A stretch of 64,000 nt of DNA from the human T2T-CHM13v2.0 reference genome, Homo sapiens (GCF_009914755.1 NC_060936.1); one strand, 5' to 3'; positions 1-22,490 are shown, numbered from the stretch's first letter. Made by a program: numbers and translations. Notes: generated by a model not told the origin, from the sequence alone.

Positions 1-184
1 TTTTTTTGATGTGATGACTCAAGGTAGAATATATTGTATGAACTCTTGCATTATTATTTTTATTTATTTTTTTTGAGACGAAGTTTCGCTCTTGTTGCTC
101 AGGCTGGAGTATAGTGGCATGACCTTGGCTCACTGCAACCTCTGCCTCCTGCGTTCAAGCAATTCTCCTGCCTTAGCCTCCTGA

Positions 185-394
<210 letters not shown>

Positions 395-1075
395 TGATAA
401 TTGGCCATTATGCACAAGGCAAAGTCGAGATCCATAAGAGTTAAGTGATTTATTCGATGTTCTGGAGAGATGGCGTGGATGGGATCAGCGTTCGTTTTAC
501 TGTATCTTAAGATTTTAGTTTTAGTCTTAGCACTATTATTATTTTATTAGACAGCAAGTCTCAGTTAATGTTGTGCAGGCTGATTTCAAACCCCTGGGGC
601 CTCAAGCGATCCTCCCACCTCAGCCTCCCGAGTAGCTGGGACTATAGGTGTGCACCACCATGCCCAGCTAATTAAAACAATTTTTTATAGAAGCAGGGTT
701 TCTCTATGTTGCCCAGGCTGGTGTCAAACTCCTGCATTCAAGCGATCCACCCACCTTGGCCTCCCAAAGTGCTGGGATTACAGGCATGAGCCACCGCACC
801 CTGACACAAATAACATTTCAATATCTCACTTTCCTATTCTGTGAAATCAGGGATCAGAAAAATAACATTTTAAAATGTGATGGAGTTGGCTAGGGTAATC
901 AAAAAAGTGTTCTGTGCTAGAAATTTGGAAATGCTTGGACAAACGAAGTTAAACAGTTTCTTAGCTATAGTATTTCTCAGAGCCTTTGACAAATTAACAT
1001 TCATAATAGTGGCATGTTGCCCTTCACAAACTTTTTGGACATATAAACACTTTTTGTTTTATGTTATGGCACACC

Positions 1076-1630
1076 ATGTAACTGCAGTGAATCTGAAGGA
1101 TTTCAGGGCAGAACAAAGAAAAAGATGTGACCACAAGGTGGCAGTGGGACACAACAAGCTCTCTTTGGACAGCGCTTTGACAGGTTTGTATGCCGGGAAG
1201 TCCCTCACAGCATGAGACCTTCCAAAGGCAGCGACAGTGTAGGGCGGCCACTACTCAGAAGGGGGAGGGTAAGAGAATTCCTGGAGGACTAGAGAGAGGG
1301 TGTATGTGTCATGACGTTGTTTAGCAGCAAGATCGGCGGGGCGGGTGGGGGGGTGTCTCTGGGTTACAGAGCTCCAAAGGGCAGCAGTGATTTGGGGTCT
1401 TTTATAGCCTGGGGTTTTTATCTATGGATAGTAGACGTTGAGTGTAGTTTGCAGGGTATGTAAAGCAGGTGGGCTCTAGATAGATGGCTAATAATTTGGT
1501 TATTTAGGCTATACTTAAACAATTGGATGTGTAAACATTTGATTTGGTGATGATGGGCTTTTGAGCTAACAGTCCTGGTTGCTGTGAAGAAGTAAACAAC
1601 ACAGGGCCCCAAAGGTCATTTTTAGATCAT
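1076..1630 (-). mobile_element. Probable old ERVL-type LTR
   Basis: GC-richer block with LTR-like composition and antisense TATAAA near 1400; family not identified. Confidence 0.3.
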
Positions 1631-2158
1631 GTAACGGTAACACCTAGTCCAGCATTTACCAACTGTGATCTTCCAGATCAAAAATATTTTTATTCCAAAT
1701 ATTTTGAACTCCTGCCATTTCAATGTCTACTTCCACTACTTCTGGCAGCCACACAAAAATATAAGAAGTGATTTGAAAGGGGTATGCTATTCTTTTTTTT
1801 TTTTTTTTTTTGAGACAGTGTCTCACCTTGTCACTCAGGCTGGAGTGCAGTGGCACAATCTTGGCTAATTGCAACCTCTGCCCCCCAGGCTCAAGTGATC
1901 CTCATGCGTCAGCCATCAGAGTAGCTGGGATTACAGGCGTGCGCCACCATGCCCAGCTAATTTTTGTATTTTTAGTAGAGAGGGGGTTTCACCATATTGG
2001 CCAGGCTGGTCTCAAACTCCTAATCTCAAGTGATCTGCCTGCCTTGGCCTCCCAAAGTGCAGGACTACAGGCGTGAGCTACCGCACCTGGCCAGAAAATG
2101 ATATGCTATTCTTGCTGCAAATGTTGAAGTTGACTGATAATTTTTCTTTACCATAAAG

Positions 2159-3662
2159 CAGTGGTTCCCAAAGTGTAGTCTGCATATTCTGTAGTCTGAG
2201 ACCCTTTCAGGGTTGTGAACTGAACTAGTTACTTTTCTCATGGAACACCATTTTTACTTTTTAAAAGAATGATTGATATGGTTTGACTGTGTCGCCACCC
2301 AAATCTCATCTTGAATTGTAGCTCCCACAATTCCCATGTGTCGTGAGAGGGACCCGGTGGGAGGTAATTGAATCATGGGGGCAAGTCTTTCCTGTGCTGT
2401 TCTTATGATAGTAAATAAGTCTCATGAGATCTGATGGTTTTAAAAGGGGAAACCCCTTCTCTTGGCTCTCATTCTCTCTTGCCTGCCACCCTGTAAGACG
2501 TGCCTTTCGCCTTCAGCCATGATTGTGAGGCTTCCCCAGCCACGTGGAACTGTGAGTCCATTAAACCTCTTTTTCTTTATAAGTTACCCAGTCTTGGGTA
2601 TGTCTGTATCAGCAGTGTGAAAACGGACTAATACAATGACTACAGTGTAAGGTTATTCTTATTTGAGTACTTGGCAGACTATTTCATGAAAATAGAAGAA
2701 ATGAGGCTGTCATTTCAAAGAAAACAAATGACAGAATTTGTTGTCAGTGATAAAGCTTTAGCTTTCAAGTGAATTTTGGAAGCCTCGTAGCTGCCACTGT
2801 GATCTTGAAAGCTATCCAGGACCTTTCTAATGACATCAGTTATTATGTTAACAACTGATTTTTGTTTTGGATAATAAAATGTGTCAATATTTAAAAGATC
2901 TATATAACTCAGAGAACCAATATTTTCCGAACTGCCAATGCATGATGTTACAAAATCATGCATTGGTAAAGATCAACTCAAAATTCAAGACAGACTAGTG
3001 CATCATAACACAAATGTATGAAAAGTGCATCATAACAAAATGTACGCAAAGTTCATTGATATGTTTTCAAGTTCCACATTGCAACAACCCATAAGAAATT
3101 ACCACTTGCTGAGTTTTGGGGTATCAAAGAAGAGTATCCACAATGATCTGAAAAGTGATGATCTGAATGAAAATATATCTCTTTTCTAGGTAATAGATTT
3201 ACGATTTTTAAAAAATGAATGTCTATTAAAATTTATCTGTTTTAATAGAAATTTTAATTTAACAAATATACATAAACAAAAACTCTTTGGGGATCCTCAG
3301 TGATTTTTTTTTTTTTTTTGAGATGGAGTCTCACTCTATTGCCCAGGCTGGAGTGCCGTTGTGCGATCTTGGCTCACTGCAAGCTCGGCCTCCCAAGTTC
3401 ATGCCATTCTCCTGCCTCAGCCTCCTGAATAGCTGGGACTACAGGCGCCCGCCACCATGCCCGGCTAATTTTTTTGTATTTTTAGTACGGACAGGGTTTC
3501 ACCGTGTTAGCCAGGATGATCTCGATCTCCTGACCTTGTGATCCACCTGCCTTGGCCTCGCAAAGTGCTGGGATTACCGGCGTGAGCCACCGCGCCCGGC
3601 CTGGGATCCTCAATAATTTTTAAGAATGTAAATGGGTCCTGGGGTCTATTTGAAAAATACTA
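2159..3662 (+). mobile_element. hAT-Charlie (Charlie1-like) DNA transposon remnant interrupted by THE1 and an Alu
   Basis: CAGTGGTTCCCAAAGTG start and internal sequence resembling the recalled Charlie1 consensus. Confidence 0.6.
2274..2635 (+). mobile_element. THE1 (MaLR) solo LTR
   Basis: TGATATGGTTTG...GGACTAATACA termini; TSD ATGAT/ATGAC. Confidence 0.9.
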
Positions 3663-3830
3663 CCAGAAAGTATTATTTCAATTACTGAAACCTACAAATG
3701 GTTAAGTGTTTTCTCATCACCAACATAAAAATACGAAGGTAAAACCAATAGAATTGCTCTGAAACATACGGGGAATACAAAATCTAAGATGCTTCTTAAG
3801 TGAGTTACATTTATATCACATATCTTTTAG

Positions 3831-4172
<342 letters not shown>

Positions 4173-4321
4173 TAATTTGTATGTTGAACAAAGATGGCTC
4201 TTAAGGTTCAACATTAACAGCAATTCTACTTTTGTCTCCCTTGGTCCCTCCAAAGCTGTCCATTGAAGGATCATTCTTCCCACACTCTTAAATGAAAATT
4301 TAGTTAATACCATGACTTTCA

Positions 4322-4687
<366 letters not shown>

Positions 4688-4931
4688 TTATTATTTTTTT
4701 TTTTTTGGAAACGGAGTTTCACTCTTGTTGCCCAAGCTGGAGTGCAATGACGTGATCTCAGCTCATTGCAATCATTTAGTGTGATTAAGCTCATTGCACT
4801 CATTAATCATTTAGTGTCATTAAGCTTTCCTGGTGTCTGAAATCACATCAACTAGGCATTTATCTTAAATCCATGATCTGTTAACATATCTTTGGTTACT
4901 AGTGATCTCCATAATGACATAATTTATCTCA

Positions 4932-5321
<390 letters not shown>

Positions 5322-5324
5322 CTA

Positions 5325-5676
5325 CAGATGCTTCTCAATTTATGATGGGGTTACACCCTGACAAACTCATAAGTCGAAAATACACAAAGTCGAAAATGTG
5401 TTCAATATACCTAACTTACTGAACAACATAGCTTAGCCTAGCCTACATGCTCAGAACACTTAAATTAGCCTACAGATGGGCAAAATTTTCCGACACAAAG
5501 CCTATTTTTTAATAAAGTGTTGACTGTCTCATGTAATCTATTGAATATTATACTGAAAGTGAAAAAAATGCTTGCACAGGTTCTTGAAGTATGGCTTCTA
5601 CTGAATGCATATGGCTTTTGCACCATTGTAAAGTCGAAAAACTGTAAATTGATCATTTTAAGTCAGGGATCATCTG
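5325..5676 (+). mobile_element. MER47A-like Tigger-family MITE
   Basis: TA|CAGATG...CATCTG terminal inverted repeats; internal match to recalled consensus. Confidence 0.75.
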
Positions 5677-5831
5677 TGTGCTGACAGCCACCACGTCCAA
5701 CCAATTAATTTTTAATAGTTTAAAAATAATCCACATGATATAAAATTCAAAAGATACAAAAGGGTATACAATGACATTTTTTTTCCTACTCTTGTTCCTT
5801 CACAACTTTCTGTGCAGCTAACCCCAGTTAA

Positions 5832-6041
<210 letters not shown>

Positions 6042-6136
6042 TAAGAAATGTCTTTGCATAAAGATCTAATCTTCACTACAGATGTCACTGATACCCAGAT
6101 ACAATCTATGGTTACAGCCTTGGTTAAGGCTGGCAA

Positions 6137-6208
6137 CCTAAAAATAAAAAAGAGAAGTTGTCAAAGGGACTTCCTAAAAATAAAAGAGAAGTTGTCAAAG
6201 GGACTTCC
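6137..6208. repeat. Two-copy tandem duplication of a 34-36 bp unit
   Basis: cctaaaaataaaa(aa)gagaagttgtcaaagggactt occurs twice. Confidence 0.95.
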
Positions 6209-6309
6209 AGGATAATAGCTTAACCTACAGAATAATTGTTTAGACTGGCTGGGCATGGTGGCTCACGCCTGTGATCCCAGCACTTTGGGAGGCTGGGGTG
6301 GGTGGATCA

Positions 6310-6522
<213 letters not shown>

Positions 6523-6811
6523 TCAAAAAAAAAAAAAAGAATAATTGGAATAATTATTTAGACTGTAATAAGAAAAATGAGCTGGAAGGACTGGGCATAA
6601 CTACTGATTTACAAGTTAGATCCAGTTTATATTACGGTGTGGACCTATTATAGGGGTAATATGAAAGGGTGCCATGGTTTCTAGGGTAGGAGGATATATA
6701 CCATGGCTCTTATACAGGCAAAATGGGCTACTGCTGTTTTGTTCTCCTCCAGTGAAGAGCCACATTAGCCTAAGAGTCCAAATTTTTCTGACTTTTTGTT
6801 TGTTTGTTTGA

Positions 6812-7095
<284 letters not shown>

Positions 7096-7396
7096 TGATC
7101 CTAATGTCTACAGTTTGATAATAGTTAACAAGTCATTTAGTGTATTTGATAGATGTAATATTATAAACTTGAAATTTTCTTATTGTTTACATAAAGCATC
7201 ATGTTCAATATCATGAACACAACCACTGCTGCCATCATAATCTTCTTCATAGGTAACATTTATTGAGCACTGGCCACCATTACCACCTTCATTTATCGTT
7301 ATCATGACTAACATTTATTGAGCTCTTACTATGTGCAAGGCCACCACATAAGGAATTGTCAGAGGCCGGGCGCGGCAGCTAACGTCTGTAATCCTA

Positions 7397-7687
<291 letters not shown>

Positions 7688-7844
7688 TCAGATAATCATG
7701 ACTAAGTCTATGAGGTAGGTACTCTCATTATGCCTGTTTTACAGATGAGGAAACTGAATAATGAAATGGGTTAAGTAATGTACTCAAGGTCACACAGTAA
7801 AAGATGAAGCCAGAATTTGAACCCAAGCAATCTATTGCACTAAC

Positions 7845-7956
7845 CTGTTATCAAGGGGCATCCATGGAAGAGTAATATACGTATTTGAGGACAGTAAGTA
7901 AGGACAGCTTCGACAGCCCCATCAGTCAGATTTACACAATGTCCCATATGAATCTC
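7845..7956 (-). CDS. AMN1: AMN1 coding exon 6 ([37 protein letters not shown]), 112 nt
   Basis: tag| acceptor and G|gttagt donor; LRR_CC motif; no stop reached, so the terminal exon is outside the window. Confidence 0.96.
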
Positions 7957-8589
7957 CTATGCAAAAATAAAGAAAATAAAGTCAAATGAAAACAAAGATC
8001 TATAATAACAGTATGAACAATTTTGAGAAACATTCTGATACAAAAAGAACCAGATATCTACTTGCAAAAAAAAAGTATATAGAAAAGACCAATATAAGTC
8101 TGAAGTAATTTGGAAGGAGCAGCTTAAAAAGTTAAATGCCCAACCATTTTATAAAGTAATGTGTAATAGCTATTAAAGCTGAAGATGAGTATGCCCCAGA
8201 ACTCAGCAATTCCAATTGTTGATCTACAGAGAATCTCTTCTACATGTGCACAAGGAAACAATTTATAAATATGCCCTTTGCAGTATTACTTGTAATAGTA
8301 AAAAAAGTGGAGAACGGGAAAATCAATGCTTTATAGAAAACAGCTAAAATGAAAAATATCTACTTGTATTAATAGACATAAATCTCAAACATGTTAGTTC
8401 AGACCCTTTGGCAAACAGTATGGTAGTATCTTATAAAGCTAAACATGTATTTGCTATATGACCCAGCAATTTCACTCGTAGGCATTTACCCAAGAAAAAT
8501 AAAAACATATGTCTACACAGAGGTTTGTATGCAAATGTCTGCAGCAGTCCAAAATTGGAACCCAAATGTCCATCAAATGATAAAATTAT

Positions 8590-9620
8590 TTTTAAATTTT
8601 TTAAAAATTTCCATAGGTTTTTGGGGAACAGGTGGTATTTGGTTACATAAGTAAGTTCTTTAGTGGTCATTTGTGAGATTTTGGTGCAACCATCAACCAA
8701 GCAGTATACACTGAACCCGATTTTTAGTCTTTTACCCCTCACCTCCTTCCCACCCTTTCCCCCTGAGTCCCCAAAGTCCATTATGTCATTCTTATGCATT
8801 TGCATCCTCATAATTTAGCTCCTACTTATGAGTGAGAACGTATGATGTTTGCCTTTCCATTCCTGAGTTACTTCACTTAGAAGAATAATCTCCAATCCCA
8901 TCCAGGTTGCTGTGAATGCCATTAATTCATTCCTTTTTATGGCTGAGTAGTATTCCATTGTATACATATACCACAGTTTCTGTATCCACTCGTTGATTGA
9001 TGGGCATTTGCATTGGTTCCACATTTTTGCAATTGCAAATTGTGCTGCTATAAACATGTGTGTACAAGTATCTTTTTCGTATAATGACTTTTTTCTCTGG
9101 GTAGACACCCAGTAGTGGGATTGCTGGATCAAATGGTACTTCTACTTTTAGTTATTTAAAGAATTTCCACACTGTTTTCAATAGTGGTTGTACTAGTTTA
9201 CATTCCCACCAGCAGTGTAGAAGTGTTCCCTGTTCACCACATCCACACCAACATCTATTATTTTTTTATTTTTTTTATTATGGCCATTCTTGCAGGAGTC
9301 AGGTGGTATCGCATTGTGGTTTTGCTTTGCATTTCCGTAATCACAAATGATGTTGAGCATTTTTTCATGTTTGTTGGCCATTTGTATATCTTCTTTTGAG
9401 AATTGTCTATTCATGTCCTTAGCCCACTGTTTGATGGGACTGTTTGCTTTTTTCTTGCTAATTTGTTTGAGTTTGTTCTAGATTCTGGATATTAGTCCTT
9501 TGTCAGATGTATAGATTGTGAAGATTTTCTCCCATTCTGTGGGTTATCTGTTTACTCTGCTGACTATTCCTTTTGCTGTGCAAAAGCTGTTTACATTTAA
9601 TTCCCAGCTATTTATCTTTG
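8590..9620 (-). mobile_element. 5'-truncated L1 (L1PB-like 3' end) inserted into an older L1M fragment (about 8170-10410, plus strand)
   Basis: L1 ORF2 C-terminal peptide in ORF 8815..9132; TSD catcaaatg(a/g)taaaatta at 8571 and 9621. Confidence 0.8.
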
Positions 9621-9691
9621 CATCAAATGGTAAAATTATAAATAAATTATGGCATATCCATACTATGGAACACTACTTAGCAATAAAAAGG

Positions 9692-15790
<6,099 letters not shown>

Positions 15791-16210
15791 TTAAATGATC
15801 GTACAATGTGGCTATCAAGAAAAATAGGATGACAGGATGTCAAGAGAATTAATACTCCTGGTAGAAATATCATTAAGACCTGAAATCCTATTATAAATAA
15901 TATCACTTTACACTGATAAACATTCATAATCTTCATCCATAATAAGATGATTCTTAAATCTGTTAGAAGCTAAAACTTCTGGGAAATAAGGCCTTTTATT
16001 GGAAGTAAAATGAGTTTTTATTTTAAAGCACCTTTATTTTATATCCTAACAATTTTTATTTACTCTGGCAATAAAGAGATAGAACACCCACCAACAAAGT
16101 CCCTAAAATACGTAATTGATAAAGCATTGGTTATCCGCTAGGTTTTAAACATAATTTCTAAGAATATAAAAATTTAATCACCACCATCTTTATAATTGTT
16201 TTAAAATTAC

Positions 16211-16267
16211 CTCTAATTTCTTCGCACAAGGTCCACTAACAAGTGCAATCACACCACTGTCAGATAC
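16211..16267 (-). CDS. AMN1: AMN1 coding exon 5 (VSDSGVIALVSGPCAKKLE), 57 nt
   Basis: tag| acceptor and GAG|gtaatt donor; symmetric phase 0-0. Confidence 0.95.
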
Positions 16268-16589
16268 CTAAGCAAAGGGAAAAAGAAACACAGTCCATGA
16301 ATCCAGACAACGGAAGTAGAATTTTCCAAAATGTATTCATTATTTAGATATAGTCTTAATGCCTCCCATTCATCAAACATGTGTTTTAGCCATATATACC
16401 TTTCACCCTTGCTACTTAATTGAGAGGAATATGCCAATATATATCTCAATTACTTAACCACAAAAAGCATGAAGTGGTCAATAGTTTCAACAAAAACAAA
16501 ATGAACTCCTTATGATATGTTCTCATTAGTCATGAAAATACATTTGGTAAACACATAGTCTATATGTTTGTAGCCTATATGTCATTTAC

Positions 16590-16807
16590 CTGAGTAGCTG
16601 AAAAGTCGACACACTGCAAAAATGGGCAGTTTTTTCCTAATGCATGTAAGGACACATCAGTAATACTTAAGCAGCCACCTAAATCGATGATCTTTAGCAG
16701 CTGGCAATTGAGTGCAAGAGCAACGACTCCTTCGTCAGTGAGATTGCAGCATCTTTTCAAAGAAGCTTCGTGTAGGTATGAACAAGATGAAGCCACAGCT
16801 TTTATTC
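16590..16807 (-). CDS. AMN1: AMN1 coding exon 4 ([27 protein letters not shown]...FSATQ), 218 nt, cysteine-containing LRRs
   Basis: ttttcccccag| acceptor and CAG|gtaaat donor; overlaps ORF 16575..16796; LRR_CC pattern (C..LTDEGV..L...C..L..IDL.GC..ITD). Confidence 0.97.
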
Positions 16808-17645
16808 CTGGGGGAAAATATAATTATATATCAATGAGCTATATGTGTGTATATGTATACATGAGAAATGTGACTGATTTTCATTTTAGCAATCACCAGT
16901 TCAGTGTTAGCCCTTTTCAAAGTAGTCCACCTGTGAGGAAATACTGATTTTCCAGTGATGCTGTCATTATTCAGAACTCTTTTGGAATGTTTCAGGAATT
17001 CTCTACACAGTCTGTAGTATCTGCAATTAATGGCAAGGCTTTATTGTCCACAGGTTGAATTCCTTTTAGGAAATAGGCAAAAGTCATTCAGAACCCAATT
17101 AGATAGTGAAATAGTAGGCGATTCTCCTTTTGGTTAAAACAAAAATTTTCAAGTAATCAAATTACTTTTCTAGTGGACTTTGGAGGCAAACCAAAAGTTA
17201 AACTGCCCAAATGGTTTCAGTCATGATCTTCATGCTTGCGGTTAGAAATTTATAGCTATGCCTATGTGTTCTCTCTCGCTCCACTTTGACTCTGTTCTCA
17301 AAAGTGAATTTATTTTCTACCACCATGCTCCTTCTGTTAGCCTGGACCAATCTTACATTTTCCTGAGGGTCAAAAAAGAGAAGTCTTTAAATCCAGTTAA
17401 GCTGATATAAGTGCCCATTGGAGATGGGTGCACATAAATAAAAGAGTACTTCGGGGATCCTGGGCCCTTTGGTCATAAACAAACATGGTAGCACTGTTAA
17501 AAGATACCTTTATGGGCAAAATACACAGAAGGGAAGATGGTAAATTCATGGGTAGGTCATTTTTACTGTTTTCCATATCTTAAGAAAGAACTTTTTTTTT
17601 TTCTTAAGACCAGTTATTTTATTTATCAGTGTCCAGCATGGAAGT

Positions 17646-18244
17646 TGTGATACAATAAGAACTGTATTTGATCTTTGTTCCCAGTCCCTGACACAGAGCT
17701 CCGAAAAGCCTTATAATTTCCTGAGTGACCGGAGTGCCTTTTGTTAGTCATAATAAGCCCCTTTTGATCATACCTGAGTTTAAGCTAATGAGGTGACAGC
17801 ATGTGACCCCTAGATAGCCTAAGGTTGGGGCCTGTCTCCAGAAAAATCAAGTGAGTAGAGGGTTAGAACATTCAGCTCAGTCCACAGACCTTTGGCGAGG
17901 TGGGGGTCAGGGACGGCAGGGAATAGGGGATGGGGATTAAGCTCTATAAAAACTCTTGGGCCGGGTGTGGTGGTTCACACCTGTAATCTCAGCACTTTGG
18001 GAGGCCGAGGCGGGCAGATTACTTGAGCTCAGGAGTTTGAGAGCAGCCTGGCCAACATGGTGAAACCCTGTCTCTACTAAAAATACAAAAATTAGCTGGG
18101 CATGGTGTTACATGCCTGTAATCCCAGCTACTCCGGAGGCTGAGGCAGGAGAATCAGAATCACTTGAACCCAGAGGTGGAGGATGCAGTGAGCCGAGATG
18201 GCACCACTACACTCAAGCCTGGGCAATATGGTGAGACTCTGTCT

Positions 18245-18290
<46 letters not shown>

Positions 18291-18825
18291 GAAAAAGGAA
18301 GAAGAAAAAACAAACAAAAAACCTCTTGAACAAGAAGACTTGATGAGCTTCTGGGTTGGTGAATGCATCCACATGCTGGGAGGGCAGTGTATCCCAACTC
18401 CATGGGGACAGGGGCTCCTGCGCTTCCAGACCTCACCCTATGTACTCTTCATCTTGCTGTTCATCTGTATCCTTTATAATCTCTTAGAATAAACTGGTAA
18501 ATGTAACAAAAGTGTTTCCCTGAGTTTTGTGAGCCATTCTGACAAATTATTGAATGGAGGAGGAGGTCATGGAAACCCTCCATTTATAGTTGGTCAGTCA
18601 TATGTACCAGAGGCCTGGCCTTGCAATTGGCATCTGAAGTGGGGATAGTCTTGTGGGACTGAGCCCTTAACTTGTGGGATCTGAGGCTAACTCCAGGTAG
18701 ATAGTGTCAGAATTGAATTAAATTGTAGCGCACCCAGCTGGTGTCCAGAGAGTTGGAGAATTGTTTGGTGTGAAAAAACCCCACACATTTGCTGTCAGAA
18801 GTGTGGTGTGAGTGTAGAGAAATGT
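17646..18825 (+). mobile_element. MER21-family LTR interrupted by an Alu (17959-18320)
   Basis: Similarity to recalled MER21 consensus; starts TGTGATA; internal AATAAA near 18488. Confidence 0.65.
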
Positions 18826-19057
18826 GGTTTTATTGGAGAAGTTCTTTTTTGTGAGTTATTATTTATGTAAACATATTAAAACTTATGCGTGTTTGCAATA
18901 TTATGAATATCCTAACTCGCTAACCAAGATGACTGCAAAATATACTCAACTACCCACACAGTTTTCCAGAATTCTAAGAGGCCAAAAAAGTCCCTCTTTC
19001 TTATATTTAAAAAAAAAAAAAAAGCCTGGGCAACCTAGTGAGACCTCGTCTCTACTA

Positions 19058-19240
<183 letters not shown>

Positions 19241-19421
19241 TTAATGCAAACCAAATATTGAAAAAAAGAGGTCTATAGAGAGGAAAAAAGGTAAAGATTC
19301 ACTAACTCATGTAATAGTGACACTGAACAATGCAGTTTGTCTAGCTATAAAAAGCTATGCATTACACAAACTGATAGGAGAGTACCTAGTAAATTTAATC
19401 TGATGATTAATTCTTTTGTAA

Positions 19422-19749
<328 letters not shown>

Positions 19750-19783
19750 TAGCCAGGATGGTCTCGATCTCCTGACCTCGTGA

Positions 19784-20274
<491 letters not shown>

Positions 20275-20717
20275 TAAGTAGCTGGGACTACAGGGTGCAC
20301 CACCATGCCTGGCTAACTTTTGTATTTTTTGTAGAGATGAGGTAGGGGTCGGGGGCGGTTCATCATGCTGGCCAGGCTGGCATCGAACTCCTTGGCTCAA
20401 GCAGTCTGCCGGCCTCCCAGCTAAAAAAGTGCTGGAATGACTGTCATAAGCCACCTAGCCTGGCCCATGTTTATTTTACATATGTTTAAAATACAAGGTA
20501 GTGACTTACCCAGTGTCTTTCTTAACTTTGAGCACTGATTATAAGCAAGAATTCTAACTTGGATTATTTTCTTAGTCTGAATGTTTTTACTGATAAATAT
20601 AATTCATATTTCTCTGACTTCTTCATACTCTCTTTTGACGTATTTTCTCCCTTACTCCACAATTTTACCAGATAGTGAATAGTAATCTACCAATGTACTC
20701 AGTGTTAATAAACATAC

Positions 20718-20862
20718 CTTCTGAAGTTACAGAAACTCGGTTCCCTTTTGAAGCATTTAAATTTAATTTCTTCAGTTTTCTACAGTTAGACAGGTGCAGG
20801 AGAGCAGCATCTGATATATCGCAGCTCCGTAGATCTAGAGTTTGGACTTCAGGATGTAAAAT
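20718..20862 (-). CDS. AMN1: AMN1 coding exon 3 ([18 protein letters not shown]...VTSE), 145 nt, LRR
   Basis: tag| acceptor and G|gtatg donor; LxxLxL-type LRR motif; phase 0 to phase 1. Confidence 0.96.
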
Positions 20863-21611
20863 CTATAACAAATAAGTGATTTTGAAAAAATTATTTCTTT
20901 CTATAAATACAAATATTTATTCCATATTCAGTGTTTTGGTGGTCATAACAGACAAGTGGCTGATGTAAAATACAGCAAAGAATACAGAAGCATATCCATG
21001 TGCAGACAGACACACAAAGCAGGAGAAAACCACTTCTACTTCCAGCAGGAGGTGCAGCTTTCAGTGCTGGCAAAGTCCTTCTTGGGACACAAAGCACTGT
21101 TGAGATGGCTAATTCAGGGGAAGGATCCATAGACCTGAGAAGCTTAACCAATGTGGCAGTGAGTAATAATCTTCTGGTAGCTGCTGGCATTAGAGACTCT
21201 CCCTATGGGCCTCTGTGCTTAGGAAGTATGAGTCTTTAATCACTTGTGTACCAAGTGCTTACAGAGCACTAGTACTGCTTATCTAGAACATTTACCTTCT
21301 ATATCATTATTTTTGGGAGCTAATAAAATACCCCAGTATTATTGGGTGTTTTCTTGAGGTTGACAAATAATAGATTAATTCCTAAGCATTCTGAGCTCTT
21401 TCCTGTATTTTTCTGTTCTTTTTTTTTTTTCCAAAATAGAAATGGCTTTACCTTTCTGAAAATAAAATAAGGTATTATTATTGTAAAACACTCAGACAAT
21501 TTAGAAAAATTATAATAAGTTATAAGAATAATGATTTCTATTTATTAGATGCTTACCAGGAAGGGTACTGTCATATACATTATATTATTTTTTATTTTAT
21601 TTTATTTTTGA

Positions 21612-21719
<108 letters not shown>

Positions 21720-22154
21720 TAGCTGGGATTACAGGCATGCACCACCACGCCTGGCTAATTTTGTATTTTTTAGTAGAGATGTGGTTTCTCCATGTTGGTC
21801 AGGCTGGTCTCAAACTCCCGGCTTCAGGTGATCTGCCCGCCTTGGCCTCCCAAAGTGCTGGGATTACAGGCGTGAGCCACTGTGCCTGGCCTACATTATG
21901 TTATTTAATATTCTCTCTCTCTCTCTTTCCACTGCCCACCACCCCACTGCCCGCCCCCAAGGGATTGGTCATTGCCATTTTACAAATCGGGAATTAAGAC
22001 CCTGAGAGCTTAAGTAGCCAACATAAAGAACATAGCCAAAAGGAGTGGAGCTGGGATTGGAACCCAGGTCCTTTTAATTCCAAAGCCTAACCTTTTAACC
22101 TCTATAACTAAAATTACCCATAATACCAATACCCAGAGATAAAATTATATTAGC

Positions 22155-22490
22155 TTTTTAAAACTGTTAGATTCAGGGGGTACATGTGCAGGTTAGTTAC
22201 AGGGATATACTGCATGATGCTGAAGTTTAGGCTTCAATTGAACCCATCACCCCAAGAGTGAACACAGTACTTGACAGGTAGTTTTTCAATCCTTGCTTCC
22301 CTTCCTCCTTCCTCCCTTTTGAAGTCCCCAGTGTGTATTTTTCCCATCTTTATGTCTGTGTGCACCCAGCGATTGGCTCCCACTTATAAGTGAGAACATG
22401 CAGTATTTGGTTTTCTGTGTCTGCATTTATTCATTAGGATAACGGCCTCCAGCTGCATCCATGTTGCTGTAAAGGACATGATTTTATGGC
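22155..22490 (-). mobile_element. L1PA/PB 3' end fragment
   Basis: Antisense L1 3' UTR sequence (cccacttataagtgagaacatg...). Confidence 0.7.

Noticed and set aside
8815-9414. ORFs resembling reverse transcriptase protein
   Set aside because: Frameshifted C-terminal remnants of a 5'-truncated L1.
16575-16796. Stand-alone 73-aa LRR ORF
   Set aside because: It is AMN1 exon 4 read through its donor into intron 4 (QVNDI*), not a separate gene.
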